A stretch of 64,000 nt of DNA from Candidatus Krumholzibacteriia bacterium. GTDB taxonomy: Bacteria > Krumholzibacteriota > Krumholzibacteriia > LZORAL124-64-63. The position numbers and the translations under genes were made by a program. A model generated the notes under the pieces. That model made no database searches and was not told where the DNA came from. It saw nothing but the letters and a program-made list of their open reading frames with translations. This document shows, one piece after another, positions 1 to 9,613 of the stretch. Numbering within the stretch: position 1 is the first letter of the stretch; every line of letters begins with the position of its first letter. The stretch lies in assembly GCA_050174015.1 (NCBI GenBank), contig JBFXKG010000004.1:96001-160000 (forward strand), given 5' to 3'.

Positions 1-772
1 CGAGATGCGCCGCAACGCCGTCTTCATGCTCTGCCGCTACGGGGAGGAACGCAGCCTCGACCTCCTCATCAAGCTCCTGCACGAATCGGAGGACGCCGAG
101 CTGCAATCCGAACTGGTCATGTGCCTGTCCATGACCGAAAGCGAGAAGGCCCTGGACGCCATCGTGGACTTCTTCGGAACGACCGGCGATCCGGAGCTGG
201 GAGAGGCCGCCCTGTTCGCCATCGGTCGCCACGGCGGGGACAAGGCCTTCCTGATGCTGGCGGACATCGTCAAGGACACCACCCGGGATCCCCGGATGCG
301 CCGGCAGGCCCTGTTCGGGCTCGGGAACACCGGTCGCGACGACGATGTCGCCGCCTTGGCGGCCGGCATCATCGAGACCGAAACCGACCCGGAAATGCGG
401 GAAATGGCGCTGTTCTCCCTGTCCGACCTCGACTCGGAGATGGCCGACCGGGTCATCCTCGACCTGATCCGCAACCCCGCGGCGGACGATGAACTGCGCG
501 CCCAGGCCCTGTTCTTCGCCTCGGAGCGGGAGAAGGTTTCGCTGGACATGGTCCGGGAACTCTACGCCGGCACCGACAGCCGCGATCTGAAGCAGCAGAT
601 CTGCCACGTTTTGACCCAGATGGACGACGAAGAGGCGGCCCTGGGCCTGCTGATCGAGATCGTGGGCATGGAGAAGGACCCGGAGATCAAGCGGGACGCC
701 GTGTTCTGGGTGAGCCAGTTCGACGACCCCCGGGCGGCGGAGTTCCTGCTGGAGATCATCAACGAGGAATGA
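1..772 (+). CDS. HEAT-repeat protein, 5'-truncated by window edge
   Basis: Repeated helical units (MRRNAVFML, MRRQALFGLG, MREMALFSLS, LRAQALFFAS, IKRDAVFWVSQ); frame is open to the window start; stop TGA at 770-772. Confidence 0.8.
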   Translation, partial: EMRRNAVFMLCRYGEERSLDLLIKLLHESEDAELQSELVMCLSMTESEKALDAIVDFFGTTGDPELGEAALFAIGRHGGDKAFLMLADIVKDTTRDPRMRRQALFGLGNTGRDDDVAALAAGIIETETDPEMREMALFSLSDLDSEMADRVILDLIRNPAADDELRAQALFFASEREKVSLDMVRELYAGTDSRDLKQQICHVLTQMDDEEAALGLLIEIVGMEKDPEIKRDAVFWVSQFDDPRAAEFLLEIINEE

Positions 773-1889
773 CCCGGGCGGTCAGTTCGGCGGCGAGGGC
801 GGCGCCGGCCACGGCGTTGCCCCGCCGGTTCCAGTGGGTGTCGTTGGGCACGTAGAGGCGGGCCGTGTCGCCGTGGGCGGCCCGCATGACCGGAAGCAGA
901 TCCAGGATGGGGACGGACCTGGCCCCCGCCCACTCCCTCAGCCTCCGCTGGGGCCCGTCGAAATCATGATCCCCCTCGGCGAGCCCCAGGCCGGCCAGCA
1001 CCTGCCCGCGCACCACCGGATCGACCTGTTCCTCCCCGGGAATCACCATCAGCAACCAGGGCACGTTCCGCGCCCGGCAGGCCGAATCGATGCGGTCGAG
1101 ATGCCCGAGGGCCTCCGCCCACAGATCCTCCAGATCGTGACCCGGATTCTTGAGGTACACGGGGATGTTGCTGGCCAGGATCTTCAGGTACAGGGGCGAG
1201 ACCTCGGGGCTTGCGGTTTCCCCGGGCAGACCTGCAACCCCGGATCCGCTCCACCTTTCCTTCAGGCCGCGGTACACCACGCCCTCGGCCAGCTGGAAGA
1301 GCTGGGACTTCCGCGCCACGTCCAGCCAGCCGATGGGGCTGTGAGGGTGGTACATGCGTCCGGCCAGGACGCGGCCGCGCACGGGGATGCCCGTCACGTC
1401 GTTGCCCACGAAGAAGCAGGCGATCACCAGGTCGGGATCCAGCCCCAGCCCGAAGCTCTCCAGCAGGTCCGCCTCGTGTTCGGGGCTGTACCCCGGCGCG
1501 CCCAGCAGCACCATCTCGGTCCGCAGGGAGTCGCCGTCCGCCGCGAGGGCGCGTTCGCAGACCTTCAGGAAGTTCTCGGCCGGCGGCACCGCTCCGTAGA
1601 CGAAGGAGTCGCCGAGGCCCAGGATGCGCCTCACCCCCGCCGGCTTCGCCACGGGGTGATTGCGGTCGCGAAAGCCGAAGGCGTTGATGAAGTCGGGATG
1701 ATCCTCGGGCAACGAGCCGGGCGGGCTGGGCCGCAGGCGGAACCCGCAACCGGGGTCGGGGATCCAGGCCGCCCCCTCGGGCGCCGGCAGGCGCGGCAGG
1801 ATGATCCGAGCGGTGATCTCGCCCAGACCCAGACCCAGCGCCAGGCCGAACGCCGCCAGCAACAGGCGTCCGCGCCAGGCCGCGATCAC
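759..1889 (-). CDS. SGNH/GDSL hydrolase-like membrane-anchored protein (AlgX/AlgJ-like)
   Basis: N-terminal TM helix; LGDSF, GND and DTHWN blocks; GTG start overlaps the upstream stop (GTGA). Confidence 0.8.
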   Translation of the reverse strand: MIAAWRGRLLLAAFGLALGLGLGEITARIILPRLPAPEGAAWIPDPGCGFRLRPSPPGSLPEDHPDFINAFGFRDRNHPVAKPAGVRRILGLGDSFVYGAVPPAENFLKVCERALAADGDSLRTEMVLLGAPGYSPEHEADLLESFGLGLDPDLVIACFFVGNDVTGIPVRGRVLAGRMYHPHSPIGWLDVARKSQLFQLAEGVVYRGLKERWSGSGVAGLPGETASPEVSPLYLKILASNIPVYLKNPGHDLEDLWAEALGHLDRIDSACRARNVPWLLMVIPGEEQVDPVVRGQVLAGLGLAEGDHDFDGPQRRLREWAGARSVPILDLLPVMRAAHGDTARLYVPNDTHWNRRGNAVAGAALAAELTARVIPR

Positions 1890-3112
1890 GGCTCCACCCG
1901 GCGGAGCAGGTCCCGGGCGCTGGTCGCCTGTTCGGGGAAGGCGAGCGCCCGCTCCAGGTGACGGCGGGCCTCGGCAGGGCGGTCCAGTTCCAGGGAGCAG
2001 TAACCGAGCATCAGGTGGCCGCGGCCGAATTCCGGATCCAGGGCGACCGCCTTGCCGAAGTGCTCGGACGCCGCCGCGAAGTCGCCGTCCATCAGGTCCA
2101 CGTCCCCGAGCAGGGCCCAGCCCGAGGCGGTCGGCCGTCCGGCCATGGCCTGCCGCAGGGTGCGGCGTGCGGCCTCCAGATCGTGGGCCGCGAGCCACGC
2201 CGAGGCCAGACGCTCCACCTCGGCCCGGGCGGCGGTCTCATCCGGCCCCGCGCTTCCCCCGTCGGCCTGCAGGGCCCGCTCGTAGCAACGAGCCGCCTGC
2301 CGGGGCACCTCGATGACGGCGTACAGATCGCCCAGCTGCCGCCACTCCGCCGGCGTCAGCGGCCTCAGGTATCCGGTCACCGTGAGCAGGACGGCGGCGG
2401 TGCGATAATCATCGCGGGCGGCCGCCTCCTGGGCCGCCAGCTCCCAGGAAGCCGGGTCGGACGGCCGATCGGCCAGCAGGTGGTCCAGGAACGGCCGCGC
2501 CTGGCCGGGATCCGCGCTTTCGAGAGCCGCCGCCACCAGGGCCCGGTACCACTCGGGTTCGGCGACGGCGCGATGGTCTGTCAGCAGGGTCGACAGGGCG
2601 GCGGCGGCCTGATCCGGCCGGCCCGCCAGCAGGTCGCACACCCCCGCGTAGTGGAGGAACTCGGGCCGGGGGTCGGGCGTCAGGGCGTAGCCCCGCGCGA
2701 ACCCCTCGGCGGCGGCGGCATATCGCTCCAGGCCGTAGGCCGTCTCGCCCAGCCGCAGCCAGGCCCGGGCGAAGCGGGGCTCCAGCCGCACCGCCGCCTG
2801 CAGGTCGGCCAGGGCGCCGGTCTCGTCATCCTGCGCCAGGCGCGCGTTCGCCAGCTCGTAGCGGAGGAGGGCGTGGTCGCGCGCCGGGTCCCCGGCCAGC
2901 CACCCGGCCAGGACCTCCGCCGCCTCGGCGGGCTTGCCATCGTCCAGCAGGCTGCGGGCGCGGAACAGGATCTGCTGGGCGCGGGGAGCCAGGTCCTCGC
3001 CGGCCTCGATGCGCGCCTGCTCGACCTCCCGCCCGGGAACCTGCCCCGAAGATCCCCCCGCCGGCAGGACCAGCAGGAGCAACGCCGCAGCCATGCGCGC
3101 CCTCGCCTTCAT
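1886..3112 (-). CDS. Tetratricopeptide-repeat protein with signal peptide (TonB-system associated)
   Basis: Multiple TPR units (AWLRLGETAY, GWALLGDVDL, GHLMLGYCSL); ATGA overlap with the tonB stop. Confidence 0.8.
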   Translation of the reverse strand: MKARARMAAALLLLVLPAGGSSGQVPGREVEQARIEAGEDLAPRAQQILFRARSLLDDGKPAEAAEVLAGWLAGDPARDHALLRYELANARLAQDDETGALADLQAAVRLEPRFARAWLRLGETAYGLERYAAAAEGFARGYALTPDPRPEFLHYAGVCDLLAGRPDQAAAALSTLLTDHRAVAEPEWYRALVAAALESADPGQARPFLDHLLADRPSDPASWELAAQEAAARDDYRTAAVLLTVTGYLRPLTPAEWRQLGDLYAVIEVPRQAARCYERALQADGGSAGPDETAARAEVERLASAWLAAHDLEAARRTLRQAMAGRPTASGWALLGDVDLMDGDFAAASEHFGKAVALDPEFGRGHLMLGYCSLELDRPAEARRHLERALAFPEQATSARDLLRRVEP

Positions 3113-3738
3113 CGGTCGATCTGGAAGACGACCCGGGTGACCACCCAGGACGGCACCGGGCGACCCTCGAGGCGCCCGGGTTCGAATTTCCACTGGGGCA
3201 CGGCCTTCAGCGCCGCGCCGTCGAAGACGCCCTCGGGACTGGCGTCCAGGACCTCGACGGAGGCCACCGAACCGTCGGCCTGGACCAGCAGCTTCACCTC
3301 GACGTAGCCCTCGACGTTCCGCTGACGCGCCTTGAACGGGTAGACCGGCGAGGTCCTCACCACCGCCCGCGGCGGCTGGTCGAGGTCGTCGGCCTGGAAG
3401 ATGAAGTCCCCGCGCACGGGCTCGCCCCGCAGAAGGGACGGATCGATGGCCACCCGGACGTCCCCCAGCCGGGGCCGGTCCAGACTGGGCCGGGGAAGGT
3501 CGGGCATGAAGTCCATCTGCGGCGGGGCCTCAGGCTTCGGCGGCGGTTCCCGCAGGGGCTCCGTCCGGTCGACCTCGGGCGGCCGCAGCGAAACCAGCTG
3601 GACGGCGGCGGCATCGTACTGGCGCGGTTCGACCGTGCGGTCGCGGGCCAGCAGGGCGGCCGCCGCGAACAGCAGCACGTTCAGGACCAGGGCCGCGACG
3701 GCGGCCGGAATCAGCAGCAGGCCCGGGCGCCCGCTCAT
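3109..3738 (-). CDS. tonB: Energy transducer TonB
   Basis: N-terminal TM, Pro-rich linker, TonB C-domain (PVYPFKARQRNVEGYV...QWKFEPG). Confidence 0.9.
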   Translation of the reverse strand: MSGRPGLLLIPAAVAALVLNVLLFAAAALLARDRTVEPRQYDAAAVQLVSLRPPEVDRTEPLREPPPKPEAPPQMDFMPDLPRPSLDRPRLGDVRVAIDPSLLRGEPVRGDFIFQADDLDQPPRAVVRTSPVYPFKARQRNVEGYVEVKLLVQADGSVASVEVLDASPEGVFDGAALKAVPQWKFEPGRLEGRPVPSWVVTRVVFQIDR

Positions 3739-4154
3739 TCGACGCCCTCCCGGCTGGCCGCCAGGCTCACGTTCTTCGCTCCGGCCAGGCGGCACTGGTC
3801 CATCGCCTTGATGACGGTTCCCGTGTTGCTGTCCTTGTCGGCCACCACCACCACGCCGGCCTCGGGATCCTCGGCCAGGGCTCGCTCGACCAGGGCCCGC
3901 ACGCTGCGCACGTCGATGCGCTTGCCCTCGAAGTAGACGTGGCCCTCGGCGCTGATGCCCAGCAGGATGGTGCCGTGCTCGGTCACCTCGGCCGTCGCGG
4001 CGGTGGACCGCTGCACCTCGATTCCCGTCTCCTTGACGAAGCTCGTGGTGACCACGAAGAAGATGAGCAGCAGGAAGACCATGTCGATCAGCGGGCCCAT
4101 GTTGATGTTGACCTCGCTGCCGGCCCCCCGCAGGGTGCTGCGGACCTTGATCAT
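3735..4154 (-). CDS. exbD: Biopolymer transporter ExbD
   Basis: INMGPLIDMVFLLLIFFVVTTSF motif; ATGA overlap. Confidence 0.92.
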   Translation of the reverse strand: MIKVRSTLRGAGSEVNINMGPLIDMVFLLLIFFVVTTSFVKETGIEVQRSTAATAEVTEHGTILLGISAEGHVYFEGKRIDVRSVRALVERALAEDPEAGVVVVADKDSNTGTVIKAMDQCRLAGAKNVSLAASREGVE

Positions 4155-4711
4155 GCCGCCTCCCGTCCGCCGAGGGCCCTGCCCCGGGCCGCTTCGGCCT
4201 CGGCGACCGTGGTCTTCAGCCGCCGGGCGATGGTGTTCAGCCGGTTGCTCATGAACAGCCCGGGGATGGCGATCAGCAGGCCGGTCTGGGTGGTGATCAG
4301 GGCCACCGAGATCCCTCCGGCCAGGGCCCGCGCGTTGCCCGTCCCGAACATCGCGATGACGTCGAAGGTCTGGATCATGCCCAGCACCGTCCCCAGCAGC
4401 CCCAGCAGGGGGGCCACCACCGCCAGGATGGAGATCGCGGCCAGGCGGGAATCCAGCAGGCGTTGCAGGTGCAGGGAGCACTCGGCCAGGATCTCCCGGT
4501 CGAGCTCCGGCCGGTCCGGCAGCCCGGATCGGCGCTCCGCGAACAGGGCGTCCAGCCTCCCGGCCGGACCCGGAGCCCGGCGCCACGCGGCGAACTCACG
4601 GTAACGGTCCAGGATCAGCGTCCACATGGCCACCGACACCGCCGCCAGCGGGGCCATGATCCAGCCGCCCTGGGCCAGGTAACCGCGCACCTGCCACGCC
4701 AGGTCGATCAT
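4151..4711 (-). CDS. exbB: MotA/TolQ/ExbB proton channel protein (ExbB)
   Basis: APLLGLLGTVLGMI...GISVALITTQTGL motif; start MIDLAWQ at an ATGA overlap. Confidence 0.88.
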   Translation of the reverse strand: MIDLAWQVRGYLAQGGWIMAPLAAVSVAMWTLILDRYREFAAWRRAPGPAGRLDALFAERRSGLPDRPELDREILAECSLHLQRLLDSRLAAISILAVVAPLLGLLGTVLGMIQTFDVIAMFGTGNARALAGGISVALITTQTGLLIAIPGLFMSNRLNTIARRLKTTVAEAEAARGRALGGREAA

Positions 4712-6114
4712 GCGGTGGCCTCCTCCTGGGCCCGGCGTTTCTGGATGATGTTCGTCAGCTGGACCGCCTTCTCCTCCATGTCGCCGATCAGGTGGTCGGC
4801 CTTCCGGTTGATGAACGTGTGCAGGAGCATGATGGGGATGGCCACCGCCAGTCCCAGCTCGGTGGTCACCAGCGCCTCGCTGATGCCTCCGGACATGAGC
4901 TTGGGATCGCTGGTGCCGAACAGGGTGATCACCCGGAAGGTGTCGATCATCCCCGTCACCGTGCCCAGCAGACCCAGCAGCGGCGCCACGGCCCCCAGCA
5001 CCGCCAGGATGGCGATCCCCTGCTGGATGCGCGGCAGCTCGTGCAGGATGGCTTCCTGCAGGACCGTTTCCAGGGTGCTGCGGTCCTCGTCGCGGGCGCC
5101 CAGGCCCGCCCGGATCACGTGGATCACCGGCCAGTTCTTTCCTGCGTTCTCGGCCATGATCCTCTCGCAGCCGTCCCAGTCCCCCTGCGCCGCCAGATCC
5201 GTCACCCGACCCATGATGCGGTCGGTGTTGCCGTGCACCCTGTTCAGGAACACGATCTTGGCGATCACGATGACCAGGGCCGCCAGGGCGATCAGGCCGA
5301 TGGGCCAGATGATGGGTCCGCCGGCCTGCAGCTGCTCGACGAAGCCGGTCCGGTGGGTCAGCTGGCGCAGGGCCGCGCCCCCGCTCATGTCCACCGGAAC
5401 GTCCGCGGACCGGCCATCGAGGTAGGCCTCCAGCGAACTCCGCACGCCCCGCGGCGGCAGGGCTGCCAGGGCGAAGAGCTGTCCCCCGTCCGGCTGCCAG
5501 TCCAGGAAGCCGAGCTCGTCGCCGGTGCGATAGACCGTGGTGAACTTGCCCAGCTGGAGGACGTCCCCCCGGGTCTGCTTGCCGTCCCGGCCGATGAAGT
5601 CCCCCGCCGCGAGGGTGACCTGCTGGCCGCGGGCGATCTCGTCGAAGAAGACGTCGGCCATGGCCGTGATGTCGTCGATGTCCGGGAAGTAGCCGGTGTC
5701 CAGCAGGGGGGCCACCGTCTCCAGCCGCCAGGGCCGGCCGGCGCTCAGGGGCGAGGCCTTGAGCAGGGACTCCAGTTCCCGCGCGGCCACGCGCACGTTG
5801 CCGCTGATCTCGCGGAAGGCCAGTTCGCGCCCGCTCCATCGGGCCGCCAGCTCGTCGCGGCGCCGGGCGCCCTCGGCCTGGCGGCGTTCCAGGTCGGCCA
5901 CGCCGTCCTCCAGCTCCGCCTGGCGCCGTTCGAGACGCTCGACCTCGGCCAGCAGGGCGGCGCGGTCGGCCAGGATGCGGGTCTCGGCGGCGCGGGCCTC
6001 CTGCAGGGCGGCCTGGCGGTCCGCCTCGGCCTTGCGCGCGGCCTCGCGGATGTCCTGGCCGACAGCGGGGACCGCGAATGCCAGCAACCACAGGATGGGC
6101 AGCAGGCGCCTCAT
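4708..6114 (-). CDS. Large MotA/TolQ/ExbB family protein with periplasmic coiled coil (TtpC-like)
   Basis: Signal peptide, coiled coil, then ExbB core APLLGLLGTVTGMI...GISEALVTTELGL. Confidence 0.88.
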   Translation of the reverse strand: MRRLLPILWLLAFAVPAVGQDIREAARKAEADRQAALQEARAAETRILADRAALLAEVERLERRQAELEDGVADLERRQAEGARRRDELAARWSGRELAFREISGNVRVAARELESLLKASPLSAGRPWRLETVAPLLDTGYFPDIDDITAMADVFFDEIARGQQVTLAAGDFIGRDGKQTRGDVLQLGKFTTVYRTGDELGFLDWQPDGGQLFALAALPPRGVRSSLEAYLDGRSADVPVDMSGGAALRQLTHRTGFVEQLQAGGPIIWPIGLIALAALVIVIAKIVFLNRVHGNTDRIMGRVTDLAAQGDWDGCERIMAENAGKNWPVIHVIRAGLGARDEDRSTLETVLQEAILHELPRIQQGIAILAVLGAVAPLLGLLGTVTGMIDTFRVITLFGTSDPKLMSGGISEALVTTELGLAVAIPIMLLHTFINRKADHLIGDMEEKAVQLTNIIQKRRAQEEATA

Positions 6115-6905
6115 GGCTGCGCCTCCGCGGCGGGGGCGATCCTGCCCAGGGGAAGCTCGATGAGCTCGACCGGCCGCAGGCGCGAGGCCATCTCCATGGC
6201 CAGTCCGATGCGGCGACGGGCCCCGCCGTCGGCGAGAGCCAGCCAGGCCCCCTCGCCCTGATCGTACGTCCCTGCCTGCTTGCGGTCCGGGGTCATCCAG
6301 AACAGGGCCACCCGGCCGAGCCGCAGGATGTCGGCGAAGATCGTCTCGCCGGCGACCTCGATCTCCCCCTGGTAGACCTCGGCCGTCGCCCCGTAGGCGG
6401 CTTCGACCTGCAGGGCTTCGAGCAGACGCCGCAGCTTCTCGGCCGAGGCGATGTCCGGTCTGGACAGCTCATCCCTCAGGGTTTCGAGGCGGAAACGGCG
6501 CTCTCCGGGCAGGAAGGGCAGGCTGCGGGAGACCGAATCCTCCAGGCGGTGGAAGAGGACCTGGAGGGTGTCCTGCAGGCTTCCCTCGAGCCGGTCCGCC
6601 TCGCCGAGCCGGCGCTCCAGTTCGGCGATGCGGCCCTCGAGGCCGAGCACCCGCTGCTGTTCCACCCCCTGGCGCTCCTCCAACCACTCGACCGACGCCT
6701 GGGCCTGACGGAAACGGCGCAGGAGGTCGTCCTTCTCCTCGGCCCAGGCGTCCAGACCCTGCTGGGTCTGCTGCCGGACCTCCACCGCCTGATCCACCGC
6801 CTCGCGCGCCTCCTGCCCCGTCTGGGCCCACGCCTCGCCCGTCGCGGCGAGGAACGCCGCCAGGGCGTAGAACCAGCCCCGATACGCCATCCGATTCGAA
6901 TTCAT
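6111..6905 (-). CDS. DUF3450 family periplasmic protein of TonB cluster
   Basis: Signal peptide, coiled coil, LPFLPGERRFRL...EKLRRLLEALQVE...LRLGRVALF motifs; start uncertain (6890/6905/6911). Confidence 0.8.
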   Translation of the reverse strand: MNSNRMAYRGWFYALAAFLAATGEAWAQTGQEAREAVDQAVEVRQQTQQGLDAWAEEKDDLLRRFRQAQASVEWLEERQGVEQQRVLGLEGRIAELERRLGEADRLEGSLQDTLQVLFHRLEDSVSRSLPFLPGERRFRLETLRDELSRPDIASAEKLRRLLEALQVEAAYGATAEVYQGEIEVAGETIFADILRLGRVALFWMTPDRKQAGTYDQGEGAWLALADGGARRRIGLAMEMASRLRPVELIELPLGRIAPAAEAQP

Positions 6906-6957
6906 GAACATCCTGTTCCGGTTGAGGGGGGCCGGACCATCCGGCTCGCCCGCCTGG

Positions 6958-7584
6958 TCATTCCGCTCCCGGGGAGAAGGAATTGAAGAACTGCTGGATG
7001 AGAGGGTCGTCCCACAGGCCGCCCTCGACGTCCCAGGCCGAGAGCAGGTAGACCGCGCCCTCGACCAGCAGGCCCCGCAGCCAGACCTCGCCGACCCCGT
7101 CACCCGACGTCGCCCGGACGTCGACGCCCTCGCCCTGGCGGCCCGGACCGAATTCGCCGCTGATGAACTGCTCGCTCGTGACCAACGCATCCATCTGCTT
7201 GAGGACCTTGCGCAACTGCCGGGTGACCTCGTTCGGGCCGGCCGGGCCGCCCCTGCCGTCGGTGAGGTTGAAGAACGCCGTCACCGAACAGCCCTGACCC
7301 TGCTCCTCGAAGCGATCGCAGGTGACGGCGATCACCTGCACCGCCTCGATGTCGGGATCGTCGTCTCCCAGCTGGTCCTGCTCGTTGTAGAGCTGCTTCA
7401 CCTTGGCGCAGCCGGTCGGCATCATCACCCGGAAGTCGCCCAGGGAGGACGAATACAGGTAGGGATTGTTCTGGTCGACCGTGGCGTTGTCCGACGTCGT
7501 GGTGATCTGCGGGTCGGTGGCCGTGGCGCTCGCCGCGCCGAGCAGGGCGGCTGTCGCCAGCAGGACGGTCATGATTTGCTGCAT
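6958..7584 (-). CDS. Hypothetical exported protein
   Basis: GAGGAG RBS, signal peptide MQQIMTVLLATAALLGAASA, ends QFFNSF (PsbP/DUF1795-like ending). Confidence 0.7.
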   Translation of the reverse strand: MQQIMTVLLATAALLGAASATATDPQITTTSDNATVDQNNPYLYSSSLGDFRVMMPTGCAKVKQLYNEQDQLGDDDPDIEAVQVIAVTCDRFEEQGQGCSVTAFFNLTDGRGGPAGPNEVTRQLRKVLKQMDALVTSEQFISGEFGPGRQGEGVDVRATSGDGVGEVWLRGLLVEGAVYLLSAWDVEGGLWDDPLIQQFFNSFSPGAE

Positions 7585-7595
7585 GGGGCTCCTCG

Positions 7596-9464
7596 CTAGG
7601 TGGTCCTGCCCAGGTCGGCGTGCAGGGCCTCGGCCTGGTCGATGAGGGATCCGAAAAGGGTCACCACGTCCTCCATGGGACCGGACGTGGCGAGGTCCAC
7701 TCCGCCCAGCATCACGGTGGCCACGGGATAGCGGCTGCATCCCGAACGCAGGATGTCCAGGTATTGTTCCCGCTTCTCCGCACCCCCGGCCAGGACCTTC
7801 CGGGAAAGGGCCACCGCCGCCGAGTAGGCCGTGGCGTACTGGTAGACGTAGTAGTCGTAGTAGAAGTGCGGGATCCGCATCCAGGTCAAGGGGCTGCGGT
7901 CCGGATCGAAGTCCACCAGCGGCCCCCAGTACTTGACCAGCAGTTCCCGGTAGAGCTCGCCCAGGGCCTCGGCGGTCAGGGTCTGGCCCTGCTCGCCCAG
8001 GCGGTGGATGCGCAGCTCGAATTCGGCGAACATCGTCTGCCGGAACACGGTGTTGTTGATCTGGGACAGGTGGTAGTCCAGCAGGTAGGCCCGCCGCCGG
8101 GGGTCCGTGGTGGTGCGGACCAGGTGGTCCATCAGCAGGAGCTCGTTGAAGGTCGAGGCCACCTCGGCGGTGAAGATGGGGTAGCTGCCGTAGACGTACG
8201 GCTGGTTGTGCACCGCAAGCCAGCTGTGCATGGAATGCCCCAGCTCGTGGGCCAGGGTGAAGGAATCCCCCAGCTGGTCCGACCAGTTCAGCAGGATGTA
8301 CGGCGGCGTGTCGTAGACGCCGTTGCTGTAGCCCCCGCTGCGCTTGCCGGCGTTCTCGTGGACGTCGATCCAGCCGCCCGCGATGCCCTCGCGCACCGTG
8401 CGCACGTAGTCCTCGCCCAGGGGCGCGAAGGCCTCGAGCATGACCTCGCACGCCTCGTCGTAGGTGAACTTGAACTCGCCCTCGGGAAAGAGGGGAACCG
8501 CCAGATCGTATTCCCGCAGCGGGTCAAGGCCGAGGACCGCCTGCTTGAGCGCGGTGTACCGGTGGATCGCCGGCAGGTTCTTGCCCACGGTGTCGAGCAG
8601 GGCGTGGTAGACCTCCGGCGGCACGGCGTCGGGGTGCAGGCTGGCCTCGAGGGTGCCCGCGTGACGCCGCGCCCCGGCGAAGAAGACGTGGTTCTTGACG
8701 TTGGCGTCCATGTTGGCGGCCATGGTGTTGCGCAGGGCGCCGTAGCCGTCCAGGAAGGCGGCGAAGGAGTCCCGCCGCACCCGCCGGTCCCGGGATTTCT
8801 GGAACTTGTAGTAGCGGGCCTTGGTCAAGGTCGCCGGCTCGCCGTCCTCCCCGGTGATGGCGTCGAACTGGAGGTCGGCGTTGTCGAAGGCGTTGAAGAT
8901 CTGGCCCGGCCCTCGCGACATCAACCCCGCCGAGGCCAGCAAGGCCTCCTGATCGGCGTCCAGGGTGTGGGGCCGCGCCCGCTGGACGTCGTCGAAGAAG
9001 TGACGGTAGACCTCCAGGCCGGCCTCCGCCGCGATGAACTCCTCCAGGATCCGCGGGTCCAGGTCCAGCAGCTCGGATTCGAACCAGCTGGTCGCCTCGG
9101 CGAACTTCACCGCCAGGCTGGACACCCGACCCTTGCGGGCCAGGTTCTCCCCGATGCGCGTGTCCTCGTCGCTCTTCATGCCCGCGAAGACCAGAGCCTT
9201 TTCCAGCCGGCGCCGGGACCCGTGGATGGCTTCGATGGTCTCCAGCAACCGCGCCGCCCCGTCGCCCAGGGTGCCCTGCCGCTCCGCCAGGCCGGGCAGG
9301 GACCCCTCGACCTCGGCGAAACATTCCTCCCAGGCCGCCCAGTCGGTGAAGATCATCTCGAGCTTCCACTTGTAGCGGTCGTCGACGGCGCAGCGCTCGG
9401 CCAGGGCTCCGCCGCCGGGGATTTCCGCGTCCTTGAAGGGGGGCAGGATCTCTCTCAGGGGCAT
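7596..9464 (-). CDS. pepF: Oligoendopeptidase F (M3B)
   Basis: GKRSGGYS, TLAHELGHSMH (HExxH), AEVAS, RIPHFY..YVYQYA motifs. Confidence 0.93.
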   Translation of the reverse strand: MPLREILPPFKDAEIPGGGALAERCAVDDRYKWKLEMIFTDWAAWEECFAEVEGSLPGLAERQGTLGDGAARLLETIEAIHGSRRRLEKALVFAGMKSDEDTRIGENLARKGRVSSLAVKFAEATSWFESELLDLDPRILEEFIAAEAGLEVYRHFFDDVQRARPHTLDADQEALLASAGLMSRGPGQIFNAFDNADLQFDAITGEDGEPATLTKARYYKFQKSRDRRVRRDSFAAFLDGYGALRNTMAANMDANVKNHVFFAGARRHAGTLEASLHPDAVPPEVYHALLDTVGKNLPAIHRYTALKQAVLGLDPLREYDLAVPLFPEGEFKFTYDEACEVMLEAFAPLGEDYVRTVREGIAGGWIDVHENAGKRSGGYSNGVYDTPPYILLNWSDQLGDSFTLAHELGHSMHSWLAVHNQPYVYGSYPIFTAEVASTFNELLLMDHLVRTTTDPRRRAYLLDYHLSQINNTVFRQTMFAEFELRIHRLGEQGQTLTAEALGELYRELLVKYWGPLVDFDPDRSPLTWMRIPHFYYDYYVYQYATAYSAAVALSRKVLAGGAEKREQYLDILRSGCSRYPVATVMLGGVDLATSGPMEDVVTLFGSLIDQAEALHADLGRTT

Positions 9465-9613
9465 GACGTCTCCTCGAACGGATTCATGATTCGGATCGGG
9501 CGCACCCGCGCCTCGGGTGGATGCGGCGCCTGGGGCCTCCACCAAAATACTGCCCCCGGCCAGCATAGGCCAGATCCGGCCCGGTGCCAATCAAACCTGG
9601 AAAGGGGGCGTCA

